Positions 40,191 to 49,098 of a DNA stretch of 64,000 nucleotides are shown piece after piece; position 1 is the first letter of the stretch, and every line of letters starts with the position of its first letter. The stretch is from Elusimicrobiota bacterium (GTDB taxonomy: Bacteria; Elusimicrobiota; Elusimicrobia; F11). Made by a program: the position numbers and the translations under genes. The DNA lies in assembly GCA_044221725.1 (NCBI GenBank), contig JBGAON010000003.1, forward strand, positions 542,517 to 606,516, given 5' to 3'. Under the pieces are notes generated by a model. The model saw only the letters and a program-made list of their open reading frames with translations, was not told the origin of the DNA and did not search any database.

Positions 40191-40368
40191 TTTTGATTTC
40201 GAGAAGATGGGAGCAGCCGATTAAAGCGGTGAACGCGGCGGCCGTAAGAATGGTGAAAGCTTTGCTTTGCGGTTGGGATTTCATGTGTCCTCCTGTGTAA
40301 TTTATGGAGGACTTAATAGAAAATGGGTTGCTAAAGGTGTGTAAGCTGAATGTAAGTTATTTGTAAAT
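40191..40368. repeat. 178-bp direct repeat copy 2 (TTACA box + truncated lipoprotein gene)
   Basis: Matches 36721-36898. The lipoprotein frame breaks after LEIK. Confidence 0.9.
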
Positions 40369-40372
40369 CTTT

Positions 40373-40696
40373 CTACGGAGCCATTACGCAGAAATTATCG
40401 CTGCCAATAATCTTCCACGATCTAATTATGTGGTTGGAATCAATATCAACCGCATAAACGCAATCACCATCTCGATGTTTTATTCGGTACCTGTTTTCGG
40501 TATGTCCATCAGGAAGATTCTTTGTCTCAATAAGAGAATCCTTATCCCCAAATGAATAGTAAGGAAGACTTCGAATGTCTTGGCCAATGTAGGCATCTAA
40601 AATCCCTTTGAAATTTTCGCGAGGAGTAACCGAAGCGCATCCAGAAAGGACGATCAAGAAAAAGAAGAAATGAAAAAATACGATTTGGTGTCTCAA
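40373..40696 (-). CDS. Lipoprotein, probable cognate immunity protein of the large RHS toxin
   Basis: Lipobox LSGC, small, AT-rich, 4 bp downstream of the toxin stop. Confidence 0.75.
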   Translation of the reverse strand: MRHQIVFFHFFFFLIVLSGCASVTPRENFKGILDAYIGQDIRSLPYYSFGDKDSLIETKNLPDGHTENRYRIKHRDGDCVYAVDIDSNHIIRSWKIIGSDNFCVMAP

Positions 40697-40700
40697 ATAT

Positions 40701-43700
40701 TTATCGGTCTCGATTGCCTAACAAGATTGGAACTGTTGGCGATAAAGCTCCTCCAAATTGGGCAGAATAGCTTGTCACAAACGCGGGTACCATTGTGCCA
40801 AAATTGCTGAGGTTAGGATTATTAATTAACCATTGATCGTGTAACTCGCTTACGGAGTTCATTCCGGGAATAGCATCTAAAGTTCTCATCAAGGGGGTGC
40901 CCTGGTGCCCCAAACTGCTAATTTTCGTCGGCGAATTTCTGCCAAACACGTCTTTCCCTTTCGGTGGATGGTTTTCGAGATACGTGTGGTCAGCGTTTTC
41001 AATTTCGGTCCCAGGTGTTGGATCGGGCGAATAACCAACGGTTTTCGAAAAATGCGCATTCGCGGCTGCTGCTCCAAAGCTTATGCCCCAAGCCAGTCCT
41101 ATATTGTCCATGTCGCCCCCGTGGGCCGCGGTGAGCGCGGCGCTTATATTTGCTTTGACAATGGCTTTTGCTACCCATGAGCCGTCGGTTGCGTCGATTC
41201 CTGCGAACGCGGCGGATATGGCCGCACCCTCGAGGCCGCCGAGTGCGACGGCGCCCATCATGTTTTGTCCGGTTTTGCGGGCGGTGTACGCGGATGACAT
41301 TTCACCCGACACGGCGCCCCAGCCTACAGTCGGACCTCCCACACCGAACGAACCCGCTGCGATCACTTCTCCGAGCAAAATTGCGCGACCGTTTTCTCGT
41401 TGCGATAAATAAAGACTGCCGAAGAACGGATCGAACGCTTGGAACACTAATCCTGCGAATTCGAAATGGTTATTCGCCCAATTGGACAATTTGTGAATAC
41501 TGTTGCTGAGCCAGCTCTGGCCGCTGGGGTCGATATTCATTATCGGACTGTTACGGCAGTACGCGTAGCGGTTCAGGCTTTGTGGGTCGCCGGCGGATGG
41601 GACGATGGTGTCGGCGCTTAGGAAGCGGCCGACGGTTGGGGCGTAGTAGCGGGCGTTGTAATAGTAGAGATCGGTTTCCATGTCGAACTCTTGGCCGGTG
41701 TATTTGCGCGTGAGGGGCGAGTCGCCGAGATAATCGACGCTTTCGCCGAACGGTGAATAGACGGTTTCTTCGGCGACGGCGCCGGTTTGATCGGTCACGA
41801 GCGTCACGCTTCCCAAATGATCCGCGTGCACGTAATAGGTTTGACTCGGCGCACCGACCGGTTGATTTATGTTGCAAATCAAATCTCCACCCGCGAAAAC
41901 ATGGTTCACCATGCTGCCGTCCGAGCGAATTTCGAACAGTTTGCTCAGTGTGAGTGTTGTTCCGTCGGGTGTAATTTTCTTCACGCGAATTCCGTTCGCG
42001 TCATAGACAAAAGAAGCGATTGGCGTTGTCGAGGTTCGAATTTCAGCGAGTCGCCCTTCGGCGTCGAATCGGTAGTTCCAAGTGACGCCACCGTTTGTCT
42101 TTGTCGCGAGATTTCCATTCGCGTCGTACGTGTACGTGCCGATACTCGAAAACGCGTTCATTGCTTGACTTATCTCAGAGATGCTCCACGGGCGGTCTTG
42201 CACGCGCGGTTCATCAAGCGCGCCCATAAACGATGTTCCGGTAGCGAGTCGTCGGTACGTGGTGAGCGAAGAGCCAATGAGGACAGAGTTTGAATTCGGA
42301 ATGACTCGTGTGCTGGTGGTCCGTGACGCGACCGATTTTCCGTTCAGAAACACGCGCATCGCCGCGCCGTCGAACGTTGCTGCGACAAATGTCCACTGAT
42401 TGAGTGGCAACGCGGATGGCGACGAAAGCACCGCGGGTGCGACCGCGTCACCAATTTCAAATTGCACATTGCCCGTGTTGTTTATTACCAGGCGATAGCC
42501 ATCCGGCAAATAGCCAACGGCAGACGCGGATGATTTTGCAATGAGTGTCGCGTAGCCGAAAGTTGGATAGGCTTGCGGTTTCACCCACAACATCAGCGTG
42601 AGGTTCGCCGGGTTCGCGTTCGTTGAGTTTGGAAACATGAACAGATCCGTTGCGCCGTTGAACGAAAGTGCGCCGCGGTAACGACCGGTGGTAAACGCCG
42701 GACCAAGAATTCCCTGAGAATACGCATCGGGTGGAAGAATGTATTGCGCCGGTGGATGCTGCACAAAGTCGGCCGGATCCGGCATCGGCGAATAACCACT
42801 AATTGTTTGCTGGCCTCCATTTGTTGCCGAAAAACCACCGAAGCCCCCGCCGCCGATTTGGCCGGATTTCGTGTTGCCATTTGACTCTGATCCTTGGGGA
42901 CCGCCGGACGAAAAACGTGTCCGCGGAATGCGAAGCTTCGTGACATCGATCGGCGGCGCCAAATTGGGCGTAATTAGGAAATTAAGGCCACTCCTGTTGG
43001 CGGCGAGCGAATTCAACGAGTATCCCACCGGGGACGTGGTCGCAAACGTGGAGACGGACAGTGAATAGGAGGCGCCCGTCCCACCCGGCAAACCGCGCAA
43101 CAGATAGCGTCCGCTTGCATCGGTGAGCACCGCTTCGTCGACGCCGCCCGACAAAACAACGGTGGCGCTACCGACTGCAATGCCGCCCGTGCGTGTCACT
43201 GTGCCGCTCGCTGTGTAGATCGGTTCCGAAGGATCCAAATCCCACGCGATCAGTGTTGAACTGTCTTTTGCCAGCATATCGGTCGGCCGCGTGTCGGTTA
43301 CCGCGTAGGGATGGGAAGCATCGCGATAATCGTACGTGACGTTTTCTTTTGTTTGGAAATTACCGAGTTCGTCATACTTGTAATTGCTATCTCCGTAAAT
43401 ACCTTGCGCGCGTGTGAGACGATAAAGCGCATCATAAGTGAAACTCTGCTTTCGGTCCGGATGAACGCCGTCGTCTATCGACGAAATATTTCCCACGGAA
43501 TCGAAGTTGTAGGAGAGATTTTGAACGGTCTGTGGGGTGCCTGCCCCGGTCGTGGTGGTTAATTTGCTCAGGGTAAACTTATTCGGATCGTAAACATATG
43601 TTGTGCGGGTGAGTCCGTTGTTTTGCGTGCGTACGAGTGGTTGACCGAATTCGTTGTACGACGGATACGCCGCGTAAACGGCGCTGTTGTTTCCGTTGGT

Positions 43701-46700
43701 GGTTTGCGCAGGTCGCGCCGCATCATCGAACGAATAATTCACCACCTGATCGTTTGGATACGTGATTTGCGTGACGTGATCGAGCGCATCGTACGCGGTG
43801 AGCGTGCGATACTCCGTGGTGTCGACCCGTTTCACATCTTTCACCACGCGACCCAACGTGTCGTGATAGAAACGTGTTTCGCCGGATGGATCCGTGACAA
43901 TCGTGAGTTTCCCTTTTTCGTTCGGCCAAGATGATTGTTCCGCGGGTTTCACGGCGTCATAGGTGTAGCTGGCGAGCACCGTTCCGACCGCCTGTCCTGT
44001 CGCCGCGCGCGGGTCTGCCGACAATTTCTTTTGCGTGATACGGTTCAGGTCATCGTAGGTGAACGACAATTTGACGCCGCGCGCATCCGTTTGCGCAACA
44101 AGATTTCCGTTATCATCGTAGGCATACGCCCAACTGCCGGCGTTGGGATCCACCATGGCTGTTTTGCGGCCGAACGAATCGTAAACGAACAATGTTTGGT
44201 TTTCCTTCGAGTCGGTCACTTTTATCAGGCGACCGAGTGTGTCGTATTTATAAACGGTTGCTTTTTGAATAGAAGGTTCCGTGCGTCCGGTAACGCGCCC
44301 GTACGCGTCGGACTCTGCGGTCTGAATGTTTCCGTTCGCGTCTTGCACCGACGTGGTTCGTCCGACGTAGGTCGTTAGCGTGCTCGTGTTATCGGGTTTT
44401 GTAACGCGCGTGACGCGACCGAGCGCGTCGCGATAAACCCATGTCCAAAGCGGTGATGACGTCGTCGCAAAGCGCGGTGCCGATGTGCGTTCATCGAATC
44501 CGCGTGCGTCGTAAACCGTTTCAACGATGACGGATTTTGTGCCCGCGTCTTTTCGTTCCGCTTTGACCGTGCGACCCAAGCCATCGTAATAATCGCGACT
44601 CCAGATGGTATCAACCGCGCCATTGCGGGTGCGCACGAACGATTCGACATATTGCCTCGTCGGATTGCCACGCAACTCATCGTGGTAATTCGTTTCCGCG
44701 GAAGGAAGCGACTCGGAATCAAGCGGCCCAATTTCTTTGGTGCGCCGACCGAGCGAATCATAAATGTAACGCGTGATTTGATTGTTTGCGCTCGTGTTCG
44801 ACTGCACATTGCCGGTTCCCATATCGTATGTGCTTTGAACGGAATGACCGAGTGTGTTAGTGACAGTTATTGGATATCCGAGCGCGTTGTAAGTGGTGCG
44901 CGTGTGTTTGTGCAACGCATCTTCAATGTCGGTGATTTGGCCGTATTGGTTGTAAGAACTGCGGGTGTCGACGTAGCGCCCGGGCGGATTCAGCCAGCGC
45001 GAGATTCGTGTGGCGTTTCCCTTTGTGATATTTCCCAGCGTATCCGAACCGTCGTAATAAATACGTGTTTCGGATAACGTGTTTCCCGCCGAATCCAGCA
45101 CACGCGTGCGCGATGGAAATGCAATGAGGTTGGCGCCCGAGTTCAATGCGTATTCGACCGATTCTGCACGGTCGTCGGTCGGGTCACTGACATCACCGAG
45201 AGTGTACGTGCGGATTAGGTTTCCGAACGAAGGCGAATCTGTTTCGTCGTAAACAAAATCGGTGCGCGTTGTTTTGGCCGGTGAAACATCGTTGAGGGAG
45301 CTTGAAACCGAATTGGTTCGAACGAAATAAACGCCGCTATAAGGACTTTTTATTCCCCAGCTCGTTTCATCGGTTGTTAATAAACGATTGCTCGCGTCGT
45401 ATCTTTCAACTTTGAAGATGCGGCCTTTGAGCGCGTTAACGGGCATTTTGATTCCGTCGGTGCTTTTGTCTTGGAGAAACGTCGCTACCGATTTGTTTCC
45501 CAACGCATCGGTGGTTGTCACTTGGCGAAATCCGAGAAATTCCTTGTCCGTGACGTCGAACAGTCCGCCAGAGTAAGAGTAATTGATCGGAATTACTGGG
45601 CTCGCGGTTGCGCCAGGATCGTTTGTGATGGTTTTCACGACCCACGTAGAAAATGGCAGGAACGTGTTCGTGTACGTCAAACTCTTTTCGTAGTCGACGG
45701 TAATTTTCCCGCCGAAGGGATTTTGAATACCGCTCAACAGATCACCGTGCGGAGCTGCGGCGGACAACCACGAATTTGCGAACAGGCCCCCACCCGGCGT
45801 GAGATAAGAAATTGCAAAGTCCGGATTCTGATCGCCGTCCAAGTCGAGAACTTGCGCGCCAGGCCAATGATTGTCTTGAACACCGAGCGCTTGCGGGGCC
45901 CTCCACGCATCGGCGGCCGCCCAACCATGGCCCGTGTTTAACCAGGTACCGACAAAATTTCCGTTGACCGTGTAATAGGAATACATGAAGTCGGTCAACC
46001 CATCATTGTTAATGTCAACGAACACGCCATTGGTGGCGCGCGTTTTTGTTGGCACGGCAAGGTTTTCGGGCAAAGCAAAGTTGGCATCTTCTCTCCATCC
46101 GTTTCCTGTGTTTATGTACGAGTGGTGATAACTGGTTCCGTTCTCGTTCCACGCTGCGACAAGATCGGGTAATCCGTCTCCGTTGAGATCGGCGAAGCGA
46201 ACGCCTTCGTTCGACACGGGTTGGCTGCTCGTCGTGAACGAAAAGAAATACTCAGGAAGCGCCCAGTTGCTTTGTTCGTTCCAACCGTTTTTTGTGTTGA
46301 TCCATGATCGACGGGGGCCATTTTGTGGCGCATACACGAGGTCAGGGCGGTTGTCGCCGTTCAGATCGATAAGCTGAGCGGTGCTGACGGTTCCCTCCAG
46401 CAACCGCACTGGTAGTGTAAATTTTGAATCGGTCTCCCAGCCGATGCCTGTGTTAATCCACGTTGTTGGACCGGGTATCGTTCCAGGACGCGGCGTCCAT
46501 ACAACATCAGCGCGGCCGTCGTTGTTTAGATCGATGATACGCGCACCCAACGGAGCCCCGTCAGTGGAAACAAAAGGTGCCGGTGCTCTGAAGCGATTAT
46601 CCGGTGCCCACCCCGACCCGGTGTTCAGCCACGCGAGCCCGCCATAGCCGGCCCGGCCGTAAATGAGGTCGGGCCGGCCATCGCCATTCAGGTCCGCAAA

Positions 46701-48074
46701 ATTAACGCCGTTCGGGATCCAGTTCCCATTCACGAGATCAACCGGAAGTGTCCAGTTTTGATCTTGTCGCCAGCCGGATCCCCAGTTGATCCAGGACGCG
46801 TCGACTCCCGGTTCGCTCGACTGAACAAAATCCGGACGGCCGTCGGAATCAATGTCAATCAACTGCCATTGCGTTGGAATCCAATCGTGAGCGCCGGTGG
46901 TAAGTGCTCCTGGCAAATTGAAGTTCGGTGTACTCGTCCATCCGCGTTGTTCGTTTGGATACGTAAATTTTGCGAGATCGATGGACCGCGGTGACTGTCC
47001 GCTGAGATAACCGGTCTGAGTGACTTTCTGAAGCAGCGAACGGTTTGTGTCCGCCCGCATGAGATAAGTGAGCGAGTAATTGTTCACGCGGTCCCAGGCG
47101 CCGTTCCGGAGCACAAATGTGTCGACCGCGGACAATCGTTTCGCGGTGCGAATCAGAAATCCGGACCGGCAACTTGATAAGACGTCGCCGCGATTTTCGA
47201 TAGTGAACACCACTTTTCGATCGGGTGTTCGGTTCGTGGCGGTGTTCCCCGTATAAAGAATCTGATTCACGTAGATTTGATTATCATCCGCGTTGGATGC
47301 ATAAGAGAGCGTCAGGTTGTTTCCGTTGCGGTCTGTCACCGAGTCCAGTGCCCACAGAAAAATATTTGATGTTCCACTCACGGGCCCAACTGTGCCGCCG
47401 TCGTCAATGGGAGTTATGGGTGTCTCACCAGGAGAACCGCTCCCACTGGACGGATTCGTTATGCGGCTCGCCGCCGTGTGGCCAAACCGAAAAACGGTTC
47501 CCGATTTGTCGGTAACAATCCATTCGTCACCATTGCGCGCAAATTTCAAAAAGCCTTCTTCAACTTTTGCGCGGTAGGTTCCGTCTGGAATTTTTACGAG
47601 TTCTTGCGACTGACCTTTCATCGTGAGAACAAAGGTGTCGGCGTCTGTGTAACTAGGAATGCCGTTCTTTGTGGCTCGCTGAATAGAACCAAACGACAAA
47701 TCCCAACCCACGCCCACCCACCCGTTGCCCGAACTTGAGTTGTAATTAAGCGTAACTTGCGGTTGCATTCCGGCGATACCTGGTGGTACGACCAGTGGAA
47801 TGTTGTACAGAAACGAACCCGTGAAAAGAAGATTGTCAGCGGATCCCGCTGAGCCGGTCGGCACGTTGCTTCCACCGACGGTCCCGCCGCCCGGTACCAC
47901 TCCTTCAATACCACCGGTTTGGGAGCCGTTGTTCGGAGGGATGGATTGGGAATTCGAGCCAGACGCGGGTGCGCTGGTTTCCGAACCTTTTTCCACACCG
48001 GCTTGCGCGAACGGAAGCCACATCGCGAGCCATAAAACCAGCGGGTATTTCAAAAGTCGAAATCGCACGAGCAT
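40701..48074 (-). CDS. Sec-signal SpvB/FG-GAP/YD-repeat (TcB-TcC-like fused) RHS polymorphic toxin with LamG insertion
   Basis: Signal ending AQA, SpvB-like P.V.LNYNS..GNGW.G.GW, D.NGDG.PD repeats, YD..GR repeats, core YTGQE.D.ET.LYYYNARYY.P..GRF.S.D...NRYAY..N.P...DPSG, variable C-terminus. Confidence 0.93.
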   Translation of the reverse strand: MLVRFRLLKYPLVLWLAMWLPFAQAGVEKGSETSAPASGSNSQSIPPNNGSQTGGIEGVVPGGGTVGGSNVPTGSAGSADNLLFTGSFLYNIPLVVPPGIAGMQPQVTLNYNSSSGNGWVGVGWDLSFGSIQRATKNGIPSYTDADTFVLTMKGQSQELVKIPDGTYRAKVEEGFLKFARNGDEWIVTDKSGTVFRFGHTAASRITNPSSGSGSPGETPITPIDDGGTVGPVSGTSNIFLWALDSVTDRNGNNLTLSYASNADDNQIYVNQILYTGNTATNRTPDRKVVFTIENRGDVLSSCRSGFLIRTAKRLSAVDTFVLRNGAWDRVNNYSLTYLMRADTNRSLLQKVTQTGYLSGQSPRSIDLAKFTYPNEQRGWTSTPNFNLPGALTTGAHDWIPTQWQLIDIDSDGRPDFVQSSEPGVDASWINWGSGWRQDQNWTLPVDLVNGNWIPNGVNFADLNGDGRPDLIYGRAGYGGLAWLNTGSGWAPDNRFRAPAPFVSTDGAPLGARIIDLNNDGRADVVWTPRPGTIPGPTTWINTGIGWETDSKFTLPVRLLEGTVSTAQLIDLNGDNRPDLVYAPQNGPRRSWINTKNGWNEQSNWALPEYFFSFTTSSQPVSNEGVRFADLNGDGLPDLVAAWNENGTSYHHSYINTGNGWREDANFALPENLAVPTKTRATNGVFVDINNDGLTDFMYSYYTVNGNFVGTWLNTGHGWAAADAWRAPQALGVQDNHWPGAQVLDLDGDQNPDFAISYLTPGGGLFANSWLSAAAPHGDLLSGIQNPFGGKITVDYEKSLTYTNTFLPFSTWVVKTITNDPGATASPVIPINYSYSGGLFDVTDKEFLGFRQVTTTDALGNKSVATFLQDKSTDGIKMPVNALKGRIFKVERYDASNRLLTTDETSWGIKSPYSGVYFVRTNSVSSSLNDVSPAKTTRTDFVYDETDSPSFGNLIRTYTLGDVSDPTDDRAESVEYALNSGANLIAFPSRTRVLDSAGNTLSETRIYYDGSDTLGNITKGNATRISRWLNPPGRYVDTRSSYNQYGQITDIEDALHKHTRTTYNALGYPITVTNTLGHSVQSTYDMGTGNVQSNTSANNQITRYIYDSLGRRTKEIGPLDSESLPSAETNYHDELRGNPTRQYVESFVRTRNGAVDTIWSRDYYDGLGRTVKAERKDAGTKSVIVETVYDARGFDERTSAPRFATTSSPLWTWVYRDALGRVTRVTKPDNTSTLTTYVGRTTSVQDANGNIQTAESDAYGRVTGRTEPSIQKATVYKYDTLGRLIKVTDSKENQTLFVYDSFGRKTAMVDPNAGSWAYAYDDNGNLVAQTDARGVKLSFTYDDLNRITQKKLSADPRAATGQAVGTVLASYTYDAVKPAEQSSWPNEKGKLTIVTDPSGETRFYHDTLGRVVKDVKRVDTTEYRTLTAYDALDHVTQITYPNDQVVNYSFDDAARPAQTTNGNNSAVYAAYPSYNEFGQPLVRTQNNGLTRTTYVYDPNKFTLSKLTTTTGAGTPQTVQNLSYNFDSVGNISSIDDGVHPDRKQSFTYDALYRLTRAQGIYGDSNYKYDELGNFQTKENVTYDYRDASHPYAVTDTRPTDMLAKDSSTLIAWDLDPSEPIYTASGTVTRTGGIAVGSATVVLSGGVDEAVLTDASGRYLLRGLPGGTGASYSLSVSTFATTSPVGYSLNSLAANRSGLNFLITPNLAPPIDVTKLRIPRTRFSSGGPQGSESNGNTKSGQIGGGGFGGFSATNGGQQTISGYSPMPDPADFVQHPPAQYILPPDAYSQGILGPAFTTGRYRGALSFNGATDLFMFPNSTNANPANLTLMLWVKPQAYPTFGYATLIAKSSASAVGYLPDGYRLVINNTGNVQFEIGDAVAPAVLSSPSALPLNQWTFVAATFDGAAMRVFLNGKSVASRTTSTRVIPNSNSVLIGSSLTTYRRLATGTSFMGALDEPRVQDRPWSISEISQAMNAFSSIGTYTYDANGNLATKTNGGVTWNYRFDAEGRLAEIRTSTTPIASFVYDANGIRVKKITPDGTTLTLSKLFEIRSDGSMVNHVFAGGDLICNINQPVGAPSQTYYVHADHLGSVTLVTDQTGAVAEETVYSPFGESVDYLGDSPLTRKYTGQEFDMETDLYYYNARYYAPTVGRFLSADTIVPSAGDPQSLNRYAYCRNSPIMNIDPSGQSWLSNSIHKLSNWANNHFEFAGLVFQAFDPFFGSLYLSQRENGRAILLGEVIAAGSFGVGGPTVGWGAVSGEMSSAYTARKTGQNMMGAVALGGLEGAAISAAFAGIDATDGSWVAKAIVKANISAALTAAHGGDMDNIGLAWGISFGAAAANAHFSKTVGYSPDPTPGTEIENADHTYLENHPPKGKDVFGRNSPTKISSLGHQGTPLMRTLDAIPGMNSVSELHDQWLINNPNLSNFGTMVPAFVTSYSAQFGGALSPTVPILLGNRDR

Positions 48075-48076
48075 GG

Positions 48077-48958
48077 TTAGTTCTTCTTACAGAACGTAAC
48101 AGTCAATGATGGCGGCAACATAGTCGTTTGTGCTGTCTTCTTGTCGTCGTTTGAACCAAATCTCACGTCGAAGGTTCTCCCGCGAACACCTACCCCACTT
48201 ACGGGAGATCCGTTAACGTGAGTGACTGCAATGATTTTATTGTCCTTTACCGGAATCCACCCGTTCGAGCTGAATCCGTCATAGCTATCCAGATACTTAA
48301 TCGTAGTTTCAACGTTATGTTGATGAAACAGAGTTCCAGTTGACGTTCCAATTGTTGTAGGGATAGCGGTACCCGCAGCGTTATTTCTGCCAATAGGATA
48401 TCGACCGGCGAGGTCCGTAACTTCCGAATAGCCAGTGGGACATGGGGTCAGAAACATGAGTAATGCGCCTGGAGGAACAAACCCCACCCCGGCAGGTTGA
48501 AACGAGGCGACGTCCATATCCTCGGATTTAATCGATCCGTTTACGATACTGCTTGAATTAATAGCATCATCCATAACCGATTTGGATACGAGCGCGTACG
48601 CTGTGCTCGACATTTTCTCGCGTGGCAGCAACGTCGCGCCTGCTATTTTCGTTTCAATGTAGGGATCTTTATTTTTCCAATCGACGTTGCTCGGATTGAG
48701 ATCAATCCGATAAAGCCCTTCGAGAACGGCGACGTTTTGAATTCCGGAAGTCCAATAAACTTCGGAACCGCTTTGATTCGTCAATCGGAATTCCATTTGG
48801 TAGGTGCCGTTCACTGGTGCTCCGTTTTGTTTAAGACTTCCTTGATAGGTGAACGTGGATGGAACAGCGGCGGAAAGTGGAGCGGTCGAAAAGAAAATGG
48901 GACCAAAGATCCCGACGGCGAGAAAGGCCGAGAATATTTTGAAGCGCTTAAGCAGCAT
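48077..48958 (-). CDS. Exported fibre-like protein with phage tail-collar-like domain
   Basis: Signal peptide, VP.TFTYQG.L...G.P.NG N-domain, VPPGA..MF...CP.GY....DLAGRYPIG...H.H collar motif. RBS GGAGG. Confidence 0.7.
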   Translation of the reverse strand: MLLKRFKIFSAFLAVGIFGPIFFSTAPLSAAVPSTFTYQGSLKQNGAPVNGTYQMEFRLTNQSGSEVYWTSGIQNVAVLEGLYRIDLNPSNVDWKNKDPYIETKIAGATLLPREKMSSTAYALVSKSVMDDAINSSSIVNGSIKSEDMDVASFQPAGVGFVPPGALLMFLTPCPTGYSEVTDLAGRYPIGRNNAAGTAIPTTIGTSTGTLFHQHNVETTIKYLDSYDGFSSNGWIPVKDNKIIAVTHVNGSPVSGVGVRGRTFDVRFGSNDDKKTAQTTMLPPSLTVTFCKKN

Positions 48959-49040
48959 AGAATCCTCCAAGTAATGCACCGCGTCGGTTCAAGACACCGA
49001 CACGTCTTTGTTTTCACGCTTGGAGGGTTGCGCGACAAAA

Positions 49041-49095
49041 ATTGTAAGAAAGTTATTTCTGGTTCTGTGTAAGTCTTCTGTAAGTTATTTGTAAG
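49041..49095 (-). promoter_or_regulatory. TTACA direct-repeat promoter box for the fibre-RHS-immunity operon
   Basis: CTTACA-N5-CTTACA-N5-CTTACA-N21-TACAAT. Confidence 0.8.
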
Positions 49096-49098
49096 TTC

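Noticed and set aside
40069..40284. 71-aa lipoprotein-like ORF
   Set aside because: Chimera of the duplicated lipoprotein 5' end and an out-of-frame toxin remnant
48077..48958. Prophage remnant
   Set aside because: The collar-like motif is in a signal-peptide protein and there are no other phage genes
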